The notes under the pieces are model-generated. The model did no database searches, was not told where the DNA came from, and was given only the letters and a program-made list of their open reading frames with translations. Positions 10,728-25,072 of a DNA stretch of 64,000 nucleotides are shown piece by piece. The DNA is taken from positions 58,506,405-58,570,404 of the forward strand of contig NC_068983.1 of assembly GCF_001194135.2 (NCBI RefSeq), read 5' to 3'. How positions within the stretch are numbered: the stretch's first letter is position 1; each line of letters begins with the position of its first letter. The stretch is from Octopus bimaculoides. Taxonomy: Eukaryota. The position numbers were made by a program, and so were the translations under genes.

Positions 10728-13387
10728 ACTATTCTACTTTCTATGTTCTACGTTATATATTTTAATAATTACTGGTATTTTTATATTTTATATAATATAT
10801 GTAAAACATATCATGTTATACAGGTATGTATATTGTTATAATTGTTTTTTTTTAAATAAATAAATACACATAATATGTCTAAAAGTTGATGAATGCCACC
10901 TCTTGATCCCCTCCATTTTCTTATTGCCGTATAAATTAAGGGTAAAACAACTTTTTACCCTCATCCATTTATTACAGGCAGTAGTGTAATTGCCACGCAA
11001 TAAAATTGTGCATTAATAATTGGGTATTCTACCAGCAGTATATTGGATANNNNNNNNNNNNNNNNNNNNNNNNNNNNNNNNNNNNNNNNNNNNNNNNNNN
11101 NNNNNNNNNNNNNNNNNNNNNNNNNNNNNNNNNNNNNNNNNNNNNNNNNNNNNNNNNNNNNNNNNNNNNNNNNNNNNNNNNNNNNNNNNNNNNNNNNNNN
11201 NNNNNNNNNNNNNNNNNNNNNNNNNNNNNNNNNNNNNNNNNNNNNNNNNNNNNNNNNNNNNNNNNNNNNNNNNNNNNNNNNNNNNNNNNNNNNNNNNNNN
11301 NNNNNNNNNNNNNNNNNNNNNNNNNNNNNNNNNNNNNNNNNNNNNTATATATATATATATATATATATATGACGGGCTTCTTTCAGTTTCCATCTACCAA
11401 ATCCACTCATAAGGCTTTGGTTGGCCCAAGGCTATATTAGAAGACATTTGCCCAAGGTGCCACACAGTGAGACTGAACCCGGAACCATGTGGTTGGTAAG
11501 CAAGCTACTTACCACACGGCCATTCCTGCGCCTATATCATTTTAATCTATAGTAATATGTTTTTTGGTGAGTTATATTGCATTAAAAACGAGACTTATAA
11601 ATAGAAGTAAATTGTGTGATTCTATATTTCTGTATATTATAATGTTGTTGAGCATAGACAACGAGTGACGATTTTACTTCAAAAACCCATTCTTTTCACA
11701 CGATACACACTAATTCTTCTAACTAAAATAATTAAACTTTACACACATTGATGCAATACTGCATTCCTGTTGTTTAATCCTGGGTCAGCCCGGTTTAAAA
11801 GCATTCTGTCCTGACCATCTGAATTTTATGTTCTTATTTCTAAAACAGTAGGATGCTTTGGGTGAATTTGGTTGGTATTTCTCGCAATTTGAGTAACTAG
11901 AGAGGCTCCCTCATTAGTCCAAACACTCTCGTTGATATGGACTGAAAAAAAAACGAGGAAATAGCTCCATCGATCGCACAACTGGAAAAACGAAAAGGAA
12001 GGAGAATCCATTTACTTTATCTAATGTATATACATATATATCTATCCATTTGTCTATTCAATATATTTATATTCTTTCTTCCCTCTCTCTCTCTCTCTTT
12101 CTCTTTCCATATAATATATTTATATATATGTATATGAACATACAAATATTTATATATATATATATATATNNNNNNNNNNNNNNNNNNNNNNNNNNNNNNN
12201 NNNNNNNNNNNNNNNNNNNNNNNNNNNNNNNNNNNNNNNNNNNNNNNNNNNNNNNNNNNNNNNNNNNNNNNNNNNNNNNNNNNTGATGTGTGGTGAGTTT
12301 ATGGAACGACGTCCCATAAAACTCATCAATTTAGTTAAAAATGGAGAGGACAAAAAATGAGTTTTATGGGACTTCTTTCCATAAATTCACAACACATCAT
12401 ATACTAGTATTATTTTTCATATTCACAAATTTACGGCTCTAAACTACCAGCAAAATATGAAGAATCAACATTAGAAATCTTTTTTGGAAATCTCCAAATT
12501 AGAGGACAACTCTACATTCAACCTTTTACACATACACACACAAATACACACGCATATATATATACATATATATATATATATTTATATATACATATAATGC
12601 CTAAACATACATTTGTATACAGGCATATATATGAATATATATGGCAAGAGAAAGAGATAGATGAATGGATTAAACATACATGTGGTAGTAAATCTCAAAA
12701 TATATTTGTATATATGTATAACTACGTATGTATATGAGTATATATACATTATGTATCAGTGTATATAACTATATGTATATATTCATTGTATGTGTGGGTG
12801 CATGTGTGCTCGTATGCGTGCGTGTGTGTGCGTAATTCTGTGTTGGTTAACTGGATTATTTCTTCATATATAAAGGTTAATTCTGGCTGACGTTTGTAGG
12901 CTGTACTCATTGGTGAGTCTCAAAATAACGGGAATAGAATGGTAATCCATATCGTACTTGCTGTGTATCGATCCAAAACGGGCATCTCAAGGCAACAAGG
13001 CATCGGATCTAACACTCTAAAGTTTCATTTCTGCCAATTCAACTCTAGATCAATACTTTATTAATTGACCCCAAATGAATGGAAGTTTAAGGTGACCTCA
13101 GCAGAGAAGGGTAGAATCAATGCCAGAATGCATTGTATCCAAAACTCTAATAATTCTGTACACTCGCTGTCTTAGATTGCAAAATGCCACCAAAAACACG
13201 TGGCATTTTATCTGATGCCCTACCAATTATGATCAGCATAACTATAACACTATTACTATGAAAATTACCCAACAAAATACATATGAAAACCTCTTTAGGG
13301 AATTACAGTTTGACACATGCCACAATAATTTATCTCCATTTCCTGCATGTTCTTTCAATAATGTTCGTCTCTTTCACAGACTCTTAC

Positions 13388-13480
13388 ATGTTTCAATTGC
13401 ACTGTTATACAGTTGCTTAGGTTGCATTATAACACACGAGATAAGACCACTGATTGGGGTTCCATATTGCTCTTGCACAA
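13388..13480 (-). CDS. Candidate 93-nt internal exon (phase 1-1), xVQEQYGTPISGLISCVIMQPKQLYNSAIET; product unknown
   Basis: aag acceptor, gtaaga donor, open frame with a stop immediately upstream of the acceptor. No protein recognised. Confidence 0.25.
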
Positions 13481-13713
13481 CTTATCGACAAAGATCAAAC
13501 ATAGTGATATTTCATACAGAAACACAATATACAACCAAACAAGCATTTTCCCAAGATATCTAAACGAGATTTTTTTTCCTCTTAACTTTCACAGGAAAAA
13601 ATAACCCCGATTCCTGATAAAATAATTACCACAAAGAAACTTAAACACACAGTTGCTAGTTTTTATTGGTTTTCGTTATCAGAGACCGTTTGCCCACAAC
13701 CTCTCTCTCTCTC

Positions 13714-13759
<46 letters not shown>

Positions 13760-13798
13760 NNNNNNNNNNNNNNNNNNNNNNNNNNNNNNNNNNNNNNN

Positions 13799-13860
<62 letters not shown>

Positions 13861-14649
13861 AGACATCTATACATGTACACCCACATACATAGTAATCAGC
13901 TATCAATAACAAATCAATAGCAACCAGAAATACAAATTTGTTATCAAGAATGGGATTTCGGTATCTGGCACTCATGTTCATCTAATATAGAAGCTTCTAG
14001 AAATTTATGCCATTCTCTCTTCAATATTAGTTATTGAGTCTTTGAACTGCAGTTATGGTAAACCTAATAATAAGTGTTTGTTTCTTATTTGAGAGATGAA
14101 AGAATATGAGCATGTGTGTGTGTGTATATATATATTTATATATACATATGTATGTATATGTATGTGTGTATACATATGCACATATATATATATATATATA
14201 TATATTTGTGTATATGTATATGCATAAATATATTTATATATATATGTATATGCATGCATATATGTGTGTGTATAATATATATCTTGTATATATATAATAT
14301 ATATCTTGTATATATTTCATAAGGCTGTATGTTTATCACAGTATCATCATTGTCGTCATCATCATCATTATCCCCTTCATCATCATCTCCTCAACACCAT
14401 CATCTTCATCATAGTTTTCTAGTTTCATATCAGCTTTGCATGCTGGCATGATCGATAGTGTTGTCAGGGTTAGAGTCAGAAGTACCACTCACCTAAATGG
14501 GTCAAAGAAACCTCATTTTATTAATGTTTCATTTTGGGCTGGGTTTCTATGGTTGGATGTCCTTCCAAACAACAACCACTTTTCAGTGTGTTCTGAGTAC
14601 CGTATTCATAGCACCAGCACTAGACATGTTGTCATGTCTTCAACTAGAC

Positions 14650-14906
14650 CAATTGGTTCTCAACCAAGGTCCATGTGACCCTTGTTGGTTCATATAAGAT
14701 TTTGTCATTAAAATTTATGTGATAAATTAATTATACTTCTACAATACCCAAAATATTTTAATAATTTTTTAAATACAATTCCTAATAATATTTAATTATA
14801 AAAATACAGTAGGATGTTTTTTCTACACATTGAGTGGCTATGGAGGTCCAGCGGATAAAGTAGAGATCAAAGGGATCCATAGGCAAAAAATGGTTGAGAA
14901 CCACTG
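14650..14906. mobile_element. hAT-like MITE with CAGTGGTTCTCAACC-type TIRs
   Basis: caattggttctcaacca ... tggttgagaaccactg; no clean 8-bp TSD. Related copies at ~15200-15697 (interrupted) and ~33800-34077. Confidence 0.7.
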
Positions 14907-15284
14907 TGTTAAAGAATGACAACCTTCACATCAAAAGAAAAAATTGCTTATGCTTCAACAATACTCAAAATGTTCTTTTCTTTTCTAGTCTAGACACAAG
15001 GCCTGATATTTTTGGAGAGGGGCCAGTCGATTAGATCGACCCCAGTATGCAACTGGTATTTAATTTATTGACCCAAAAAGAATGAAAGGCAAAATTGACC
15101 TTGGTGGAATTTGAACACAGAATGTAAAGACAGACATAATACCGTTAAGCATTTTGCCTTGTGTGCTAAAGCTTCTGCCAACTTGCCACCTTACAGTACT
15201 CAAAATATTATAACAGTTATTTTTATACAATTCCTGATAATATTTAATTATAAAAATACAATAGGATCTTTTTAATTCAATGGC

Positions 15285-15590
15285 TTTAGTAAAATAACTT
15301 GTCGTTATACAGCTGGTATTTGGAGCATAAATTAACAAGAAATTTTGAAGAATGGTTTTAATTTAGATTACTTTAATTCCTATTGTTACCCTATTTCTGT
15401 TTCAATTAATTTTGAAAATAATGACATATTTAGTAAAAATAGCTTGTCATTATTCAGCTGGTGTTTGGAGCATAAATTAGCATCAAATTTTGATGGAAGG
15501 TTTTTAGATCACTTTAACACTTTGGACACAATATTTTTGTTGAATTACACTTCCTTTGTTTTAATTAATTTTGAAAATAATGAAGAATTT
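15285..15590. repeat. AT-rich dispersed repeat with internal ~140-bp tandem duplication, inserted in the hAT-like MITE; partial copy ~53180-53275
   Basis: ttagtaaaataacttgtcgttatacagctggtatttggagcataaatta repeats as ttagtaaaaatagcttgtcattattcagctggtgtttggagcataaatta. Confidence 0.6.
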
Positions 15591-16050
15591 ATCAATATAA
15601 CCGATTTACCAATGCGGGTATCTATGTGGTCTGGGAGTCCAGTAGAGTAAAATAGGAACCAAAGGGGTCCATAAGCAAAATATGGTTGAGAACCGCTGAA
15701 CTAAACTAATTGGTCCACTCAACCTCATGCTTTTTAAGTACACAAAGTGTGTTTTGACATTCCTGGCAGGGACCTCTTCTTCAAAGAAATGCGACATGCC
15801 AACATATCAGAAATAACCTCTCTTCCTTGCAACATAGAGATAATTATACCATTTTATATTTCTGAGATGAGGAAATTATATTATGTAAGCCAAGTACTTA
15901 ATTCTATCGATCTCTTTTGTAGAGCTGCTAGGTTACAGGGATGTAAATACGCCAACACCAGTTGTTAAGCAGTGATGGGAGACAAACACAGACACAAAGA
16001 CACATACAGATATATATATTTATATGTATGTATGTGTATGTATGTGTGTG

Positions 16051-16091
<41 letters not shown>

Positions 16092-16970
16092 ACGATGGGC
16101 GTCTTTCAGTTTCTGTCTACCAAATCCACTCACAAGGCTTTGGTCAGCCTGAGGCTATAGTAGAAGACATTTATGCCCAAGGTGCCACACAGTGGGACTA
16201 AACCCAGAACCATATGGTTTAGAAGCGAGCTTCTTACCACACAGCCATGCCCGAGCCTATTCTACTTCAAAGAAATACAAAAGTTGTAACGTAAACCAAA
16301 TCTAGGTGCTGTGAACATGTGTAGGTTGTGATACTCGCAGAGGCTTCTTTGAAGAATCAGAAAAGAAATTATCAAAATAAAATTAGTTGATATGTGGGTT
16401 TTGACATTAGTGGAAGGGCCTTTTCTTCAAAGAAATACCTCATCCCATCACCCAATACATCAGAAATAACCTCTTTTCCTGGCAACACAGACACAATATA
16501 TTATATAAATTTGACAGATTTCTGTCAAGCCCATAATGTTTTATAGATAGCTTTTTGTGTCATTGTGGTTTAGCCCAAGGCCAATCCTCATCATGTGAAC
16601 CTATCTTCAACTACTATAAACCCATGTGTCATTTTAGAAATATCACTAGGACTATATTGTCTGTTGTGTCTTTTCTTTATTTATAATGATTTTGGTCAAG
16701 TGTATTCTACAATATCCCTGGGCTGACCAAAGTCTTGTGAGTGGATTTGGTAGATGGAAACTGAAAAAGGCTGTTATGTAAATACATATATATGTATTTA
16801 GTATAATTCAGGTAAAAACCTCATAACATGCATTTCAGAGCTCCTGCACTATCATTTGGCAACCAGATGTTATTCTAGCATGGAAGATTCCAAATCACGA
16901 CATTTGTTTCTGCACCAGACACAAGCTTTAAGAGATATGCAGGGATATTGTATCTAATTTTGGCACAAGG

Positions 16971-17025
<55 letters not shown>

Positions 17026-17051
17026 GATAAAGATAGTTATGGCCCGTATAT

Positions 17052-17111
17052 GGGACGACCCTGGGTTTCAGCTCCATAAGGCACTTAACTTTATGGTATT
17101 TCTTCAGACCC
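17052..17111 (-). ncRNA. Hammerhead-like motif downstream of the Penelope EN remnant
   Basis: gggt-CTGAAGA-aata-CCATAA(11 nt)TTATGG-agct-GAAAC-CCAGG-GTC-gtccc; stem III is ACCC-A-GGGT. Confidence 0.65.
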
Positions 17112-17264
17112 TAAAGGCTGGTGGCCTATAACCTCACTTCAAAGGGGAGAGAGAAAAGCTACTTGTTGAATGCATGGACAAAGGAGAAAGGTTAAGTGCA
17201 AGGGATTGTCTCCCTTAGACTGCTATCCATAGTCGTTTGTGGTTGGCTCATGGATTCCAGGACT

Positions 17265-17620
17265 TCAGTAGAATCTCCTGAAGTGTAAGTAGAGTCTGAA
17301 GACTTCCATTCTGGAATTTAAGATGTTCTCCAGGTCGAGGGAGTTCTTTAATATTCTTGCCCATTCAGCTATGCACAGCTTGCAACATTTACTACCATTG
17401 ATGTAGGGGCCTGCTTCTTTTAGGATCTTCCATGAGATTATATGTGGAATTCCTTCATCCTTCAGGTGCTACACATGACTGATCAAGGGAGTAGTGTATC
17501 ATCTCTCTTGGATCCTGAACGAGGACTTGTGACTTGAAAGACACTGCTTAAAGGTGTTTCTGGAACATCCAATGTATCTTTGTATATTGTTGCAAGTGAT
17601 GCTGCATCTGTTGATGTTGA
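17265..17620 (-). mobile_element. Penelope-like GIY-YIG endonuclease remnant, nearly complete domain with two stops
   Basis: INRCSITCNNIQRYIGCSRNTFKQCLSSHKSSFRIQER*YTTPLISHV*HLKDEGIPHIISWKILKEAGPYINGSKCCKLCIAEWARILKNSLDLENILNSRMEVF..*; this frame is not in the supplied ORF track. Confidence 0.9.
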
Positions 17621-18057
17621 TGCTGTGACAAGAGTAGCCACCACCAATATGGTGCCAATAAAAGTTCCAACAGCAATGATGATGGCTATTGTAACACCAT
17701 CAGCACCAGCACCAACACCAATACCCAACACCAGCACCAACAACAGCGGAAGTAGCAGTGTCTTGAGCAAAACACTTCATTTCACGTTGCTCTGCAACCA
17801 CCTTGACAGCTGACATGTGGCACACTGTGCACCTGCACAGACAATGTTGATTTGATGGAGGGGAAGGAGGTAATGTACAGCCACAAATATTTGATCACTA
17901 TAGACAAATCATCTGTACAGGTTGTTCAACAAGATGTTGTGGAACCCTCTTGTCTACCTCATCTCTTGTCTACTACAAGAGAGTCCAACACACATACACA
18001 TACATGCATGTACTCACTTGCTCACATGAAATACATGCACACAGACATACACACACG

Positions 18058-18129
<72 letters not shown>

Positions 18130-18199
18130 AACATACATATGTATATATACATATACATATACATACATACAAATATATATATATTATATATATGTAATT

Positions 18200-18235
<36 letters not shown>

Positions 18236-19257
18236 ATATGTGTATATGCATATTTTTGTAACATGTTATATTTTAATGCAAAATTGATTTGCTTAGCAGC
18301 ATAAGTAGCAAAATTTTGGCACTTGTTTCAAGTCATTAAGTAAAATGGCAAAAAAAAAAATAAAATAATAATAATTTTCAAAAAAAAAAAAAGCAAGACA
18401 AATAAAAGTATAATGGAAAAGAAAATGAAAGAGGAAAAAAGTGGGGGAGATATAAAACTAATGATAGCAGCAACAAAAATATAATGAAGAAGAACATTAA
18501 CAGTGAGAAAAATGATTAGAAGTTATAATGCAGGACTACAACATCAGATTTTATTGAAATTTGTTTGTATATTTCTGACAATTCATCAGAATGGATTCGG
18601 TTTTAACATCTCCATCTTGATATTTTGACAAGACAAATAAGTGTTTGCATGAAACCATTACAGAAAATTTTAGGTATCTTTCTTTTTATTGCTGCTACAA
18701 TTTTTGCTGCTGCTGCACAGCTTGTGAATTGATTCGTCTATAACTTAATTTTAGAGTTGTAGTGATGAAATGAAATGACCCAGTGGAGGAAAGGTTTTGG
18801 TGCTGGGCTCCAGATCGTAAGGTGGTCATAGGTTTGACTTCCAGACACTGAGTGAAGTATTGTGTCCAAAGAGCTGTTGACGTCTGATGCAAAAGAGGGA
18901 ATGATGGAAGTTTGATCTGATCTGCTGGAGTTGTTTCAAGCCTATGAAGACATGTTGCTTCAATGTGATGAAAGGATTAAATGTAGGCATATATTTGTGA
19001 TCCAGAAACAAAGGCCTAGGCCATAGAATGGCTTCACATCCTTTCTCTTAATTCTTAAAAGCCACTGGGTGGGGCAGTACAGAATGTCATGGTGATGGCT
19101 TTTTTTTATATTGAGTATAGTATTATGTATGTGTACATGCATATATGCATGTATGTATGAATGAATATGTGTATGTATGAATGTGTGTATGTGTGAGTGT
19201 ATATATCTATATGTATGTATGTATGCATGAATGTATGCATGTGTTTGTATGTACTTA

Positions 19258-19290
<33 letters not shown>

Positions 19291-19897
19291 GTGTGTGTGT
19301 GTGTGTGAGAATCTGAGTGTGTATGTATTTATGTATGTATGTTTGTATGTGTGTATGTATGTGTATGTATAAAATGAAAGCCAGTAGCAAATCATTACAC
19401 ATGTACACTGCAATGATCATCTTCATTAAGAAGTGAAACCAGTTCGAAATTATTTATGATAATGTATTTACTGTAATTATGAAATTTGAAACTTTTAATA
19501 AAGTATTTTGACATTATTTGATTGAAATTTAGAATCCATAATCTTGAAATGATTTGAATGTAGTAATGTATTTTGGATGTGATATTTTGGATATGATATT
19601 TTGGAATATGTAATGATGTCTTTTGAAATAATTTGATTGTGTTAACCTGCTTTTCAATGGATACTATTGTATTTTGAAATTGTTTCACTGTAAAAAATAT
19701 TTTGGAATTAATTCACCGAAATATAAAAGGAAAACTGCCCTTTCTTCCTATTATTTATCCATAACTTTTGACTTGTAAGGAGTGCGTTTAACATGCATAA
19801 TATATATATATATATGTATGTGTGAGTGTGTGTGTGTGTGTGTGTGAGTATAGATACACACATACACACACACGCACACATATATATCGATAGATAG

Positions 19898-19928
<31 letters not shown>

Positions 19929-20009
19929 CATACATATATATATACATAGAAACGTATAAGTATATATGAATATGTATGTATGAATATGTATGTATGTATG
20001 CATATATAT

Positions 20010-20092
<83 letters not shown>

Positions 20093-20373
20093 CATACATA
20101 CATGCATGCATGTATAGGCAATCAGTTGATGGGTTATTCCTTTAGTACGCAGAGTTTCATAAAAAATTTGTTTAACAAAGAATTGAATTACTAATTGATT
20201 CCCAATAAACATAATCTCTACACTATATATTATATATTGTATGGTCTTGCCTTTCATTTCATAAACATAAATGTATATACATACACACATACATATATAT
20301 ATATATACACACATACACACACAATACATATGTACAGATATACATACACACATACATACTTGCATACATACAT

Positions 20374-20414
<41 letters not shown>

Positions 20415-22296
20415 CTCACACATTCACACACATATATACTAACACATACATGCACACATATATACACATATACATACAATTGATACCTAAATCCATCCCT
20501 CCATACATCCATACATACACACATGCATGCATTCATCTCTGCATACAGATACACACACATGTGCATATACCCACGTTCATCCATCTATACATGCATGTAT
20601 ACATGCATACACACATTCATGCACATATGAACATATGCATATGCACGTCCATCCATCAATCCATCCATCCATATATACACACACTCTCACATATAGACGA
20701 ATGTATACACTACATACATAAAAATGTATATTGTGTGTGTGTGTGTGTGTGTGTGTGTGCACCGTAGTGTGTCTGTATGTGAGCATATTGCTATAGTATC
20801 AGTCTTAAGAAATGTCCAAAATTGAAGTACATGAGTATTAATTATGAAAACATTCCAAAATTAGTGGAAGAAATCAATGGAGTGACCATTGACTGTTAAA
20901 TAGTGGAAGGAGGATATTTTCTTGCCAGAAATAGAGCATAGTTGCCAATATATGATAAGTGCTGGACAGTAGAATAGCATGGATTTTTTGGCGGACATTC
21001 GATGGTCACGTTTTATCTGTTGCACTAAGTAGGTTTTGCCCATTTGCAATAAAGAATCTGTCTCAATGTTTAAGCTGTCTTTATTTTGGATATCAATGTT
21101 GGCATTGCCATAACTACTACTGCCTCTGTCTCACTGTTATTTCTTGTAGCAATCATATATAACCTGGCAACGTATCATTTCAGTTCGGTTATCATATTTT
21201 TGTGTGGTTTTGTGCGATGTTGTTGGTCACTGATTTTTTTTTATTCCATGAAAGATTGAGTATAGTGTTATGTATGTGTATATGCATATATGTATGTGTG
21301 CGTGTATGTACGTATGTATGCATGTATGTATGAATGAATATGTGTATGTATGAATGTGTGTATATTTGTATGTATGTGTGAGTGTATATATCTGTATGTA
21401 AGTATGAATGTATGCATGTGCTTGTGTGTACTTATGTGTGTATGTTTGTATGTATGTGTGTATGTATGTGCATGTATGAGAGAATGTGTGTGTCTATGGA
21501 TGTATTCATGCATCTGTTTATCTCTCTGTCATTCTCTCTCTCTCTCTGTCTATCTATCTAGCTGGCAATATATCTATCATTCAATCTTTTTTATCTACCT
21601 CCCTATATACATACACACACATGCATATATATATATGTATGTGTGCATGTAAACATATATGTATGCATATATATGTATACATGAATACACACACACACAC
21701 ACACACACACATGTTGATGTCATTATCAATGAATAAATATTTGACTGCTACTGGCTGGTGGCTGCCAAAATCTTGGATCAGTTTTCATTGTTTAGGTTTC
21801 AGACAATATAGAAATATAACTGGGATTAGAAGCCATGCCATATTGAACACAATATTGTTGGGATCAAGAATACAATAGGAATTGATCCTTGAATACAGCA
21901 ACGAAGCAAGAGTGAGCAATTTATATCAGTGATTAAATGAAATACGAGGAAGAATTACTATAATGAGAATGGATCAATTTGCTCTATTAGTAACTAGGAT
22001 CAATTATACAAGCTGGGATGGGGAAGAGTATGCCATATTGAATTCAAGTGTTATAGAAAGACCATTTCCTCTTATGGTATCTAATCCATGTAGTTACATT
22101 GTTCTGCAGTCAGTTTAACATTTGGTGTGTGGCACACTGTGCACATTTACAGGCGACATTGGTTTGATGCAGGAAGTGAACTTATGTACAGCACAAACAT
22201 TTGATCACTATAAATGATTCATCACCACATGTTGTTCAGCAAGAAATTGCAGAACTCTCATCTGCCATCTACAACAGGAGAGTCCATAATATATAT

Positions 22297-22562
22297 GAAG
22301 GCACATGGCTTAGTGGTTAAGGTGTTGCGAGATCGTGGGTTCGATTCCCAGACCGGGTGTCACATTGTGTTCTTGTGCAAAGCACTTCATTTCATGTTGC
22401 TCTGCAATCATTTCGACATCTGACATGTGGCACCCAGTTGCACCTGTACAGGTAATATCGATTTGATGGAGTGAGTGAGCTTATGTCTACACAAAAATTT
22501 GATCACTCTAAACAAATCATCTGTGTGGTTTTTTCGGTAAGAAATTGTCAAACCCTCATACG
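22297..22562 (+). mobile_element. tRNA-derived SINE (third family); 5'-truncated copies at ~22120-22290 and ~17765-17990
   Basis: A box tggcttagtgg, B box ggttcgattcc; body gtggcac..tgcacctgtacagg...tttgatcact.ta.acaaatcatctg is shared by the three copies. Confidence 0.8.
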
Positions 22563-23721
22563 AAGTCAGTCATTAAAATAGTGCTTTGTGGCTTTTGAGG
22601 CTTTTTGGCTCTTATTTCTAGCAATACTGGTACTAATTAGTATCCTCTGCTGCACAAATATATCTATAACCACAGCCACTCCAGTCATAGCGATCTCAAA
22701 ATAGCTTGTTTATGAATCATTTAACCAATGCAGTTTTTGTTCATTTACCAGAGATTTTTAGTTTTCATTGGGCACATTTTACTTTGGCACCCACACTAGA
22801 GGAGTTGCCATTTCTTTGGCAAAACTAAAGAAGCTTATCAACTCAGCATTGACTCCAGTTATTTGTTAACTACTTCATTGAGTGTACTGGGTACATTTTC
22901 TCATGGTACTAGCTTTAGAGAGACTTTACCATGGTACCAAACAACACTAAAGAGCTCTTCCTATTCAACTTTGATAAGGACAACCTTATCTAATGTTGTC
23001 CTTTTACTTTTCTTTTTTTGAGACAGAAGGGTCTCATCCAACAGAGTTGACTGCTATTTCTAGCAGATTTAGCAATCATCCTAATAGAGGTAGCAGTAAC
23101 AATATATATCTCATTCATGCTTTACTGATGCAGAAATGAATCTAAAATCATTAAGAAATGGGAGAAAATAATGAAAAAAAATAAATAAATAAAATAACCA
23201 ACAAATTGATAGGCCAAAAAGGTAAGTAAAAAATAAATAATGAAAAAAATAAAAATAAAAAATATAAAAAAACTAATGAACCAAACCCCAGCTTGTTGAC
23301 ATAGGTTTAATCAGTTGAATAATAGATGCTGCATTCATCATTTTATGGAAGTTTATTAACAGAGTTTTCTGACAAGCTCTGTGTGTGATATACAGATGTG
23401 TTGATTAAATTGGCCCGTGCCAAAAACAGAAATTAAAACCAATCCTGTTTTTCATAAATTTAATCAATCTTCCTGGCTAATCTTAGACTAGTTTACATTT
23501 AAAATGTTTTTGAAAAGAAATGATATATATAAGTAGAAGAGAAGAAAAAAAATCTGTGTGTGTGTGTGTGTGTGTTTAAGGTGCAGGCATGCTTGTGCGG
23601 TTAAGAAGCTTACTTCCCAATCATGTGGTTGTGGGTTTAGTCTCACTATGTGGTACCTTTGGCAGTTGTCTTCTATTATCGCCCCAGACTGGCCAAGACA
23701 TAAACAATAATGATAATAATA

Positions 23722-23895
23722 ATAATAATAATAATAGCGCTGTTTATCTTGATATGAGATCACCATGTCGCGCACATATGGTTGTGATGCATGTGCCTGG
23801 TGTACCCTTATCAGACGGGTAGTCATGATGGGTATATTGGGCTTCGTATATTTTACCCCAGTCTCACTTTGATGGCATGCGCTGCTCTCTTACTC

Positions 23896-23897
<2 letters not shown>
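23722..23897 (-). repeat. ~175-bp structured repeat bounded by (TAA)n, directly after the CR1-like 3' tail
   Basis: GC-richer unit with hairpins ctggg/cccaa and taccc-atca..gac/gtc..tgat-aa-gggta; TAA arrays on both sides. Confidence 0.5.
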
Positions 23898-23929
<32 letters not shown>

Positions 23930-24375
23930 GAAATTATTGTGTATAGTGCTCAGGTGCACTACAACTCATCAAAGGTGCATGTACGGTACGTAGAATTATG
24001 TACGAAAGTCAGGAAAGTGAACAGTGTATGAGTCATGATATACAGGTGTGTATGTGTATGGAAGTGGGGTGGATATCAGGTGTAGTGTTGGCGAATCTCA
24101 GGAAGCATGGGGGTTTTAAAGGGTGCAATGTCTCAGCAGTTGACAGCTGATGCAGGTAGTTTGTTCCATGCTTCAGCAACTCTGAGTGTGAAAAAATGTT
24201 TCCGAAAGTCATGGGAGCTTTGCTGTTTTCTGACTGTGTAGGCATACCTACATGTGTTAGACACATGGAGCTCAAAGAGGTGCTCAAGGTGGTTGTTGGC
24301 ATGGTGGTTAATAATTTTGTGGATGTTCACCAAGTCAGTTGCCAGACGAGGCTTTTGATAGGCCAAACCCTTTGC
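23930..24375 (-). mobile_element. CR1/L2-like LINE 3' fragment (ORF2 C-terminus, 3'UTR, (TAT)n tail)
   Basis: RLATDLVNIHKII...HDFRKHFFTLRVAEAWNKLPASAVNC matches the CR1-type RxxxDLIxxxKI..RxxFFSxRVVxxWNxLP pattern. Confidence 0.85.
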
Positions 24376-24441
24376 TTTCTGTTTTATATTGTCATCCTGT
24401 AATGAAGATATAGTTTAGGTGAAGTCATTTATTTGTCTTAC

Positions 24442-24500
24442 CTTCAGTCTAGCTGAAAGTACATATATCATTCCAGTTTCATGGTTGATGAGGTTAGTTA
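24442..24500 (-). CDS. Candidate 59-nt exon (phase 1-0), xTNLINHETGMIYVLSARLK; product unknown
   Basis: Long poly-T tract + aatatttgtttcag acceptor, AAG|gtaaga donor; only one of three frames is open. Confidence 0.5.
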
Positions 24501-24509
24501 CTGAAACAA

Positions 24510-24545
<36 letters not shown>

Positions 24546-25072
24546 ATCTAAAAAGAGAAAAAGAATTTATATTTATAAATGATTGCAGCAAAATCTATAT
24601 ATTTTCTATTGCCTGTTTATGTATGTATGTGCGTGTGTGTGTGTATGTATGCGTGTGTGTGTGTGTATTTATGTATGTATTTATGCATGTACATATGTTA
24701 GTATGTATATATGTTAGTATGTGTGTATGTGTGTGCATGCGTTTGTATGTGTGTGTCTGTATATATGCATGTGTTAGTTTATAATACAATATTTGTTCAC
24801 ACTTGTCCCTCCTGAGTCTTTTTTCTCCTTTTGTTTCTACTCATTACATTTCTAGTACAGACACACACACACACACACACACACACAACATAGTAGATAT
24901 TAATAATGCTTTTATTTTGGCTGCGTCAGTCCCTTGCTACTCTGAATTTCGCCTGTAAGTACACAATGTCTTAGGACAAGCAATGACTGAAAACGTGATG
25001 GAATATACACATATTTGTACGGATATGATTTCGGTCATAGAGTATGATTGTGTATACGTACACACTGACTCA

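Noticed and set aside
15775-16495. ~70-bp sequence repeated at 15775-15845 and 16420-16495
   Set aside because: Old local duplication with no termini, periodicity or structure to support a function.
22297-22360. tRNA-like sequences with A and B boxes (also the other SINE heads)
   Set aside because: No complete cloverleaf; they continue into SINE bodies.
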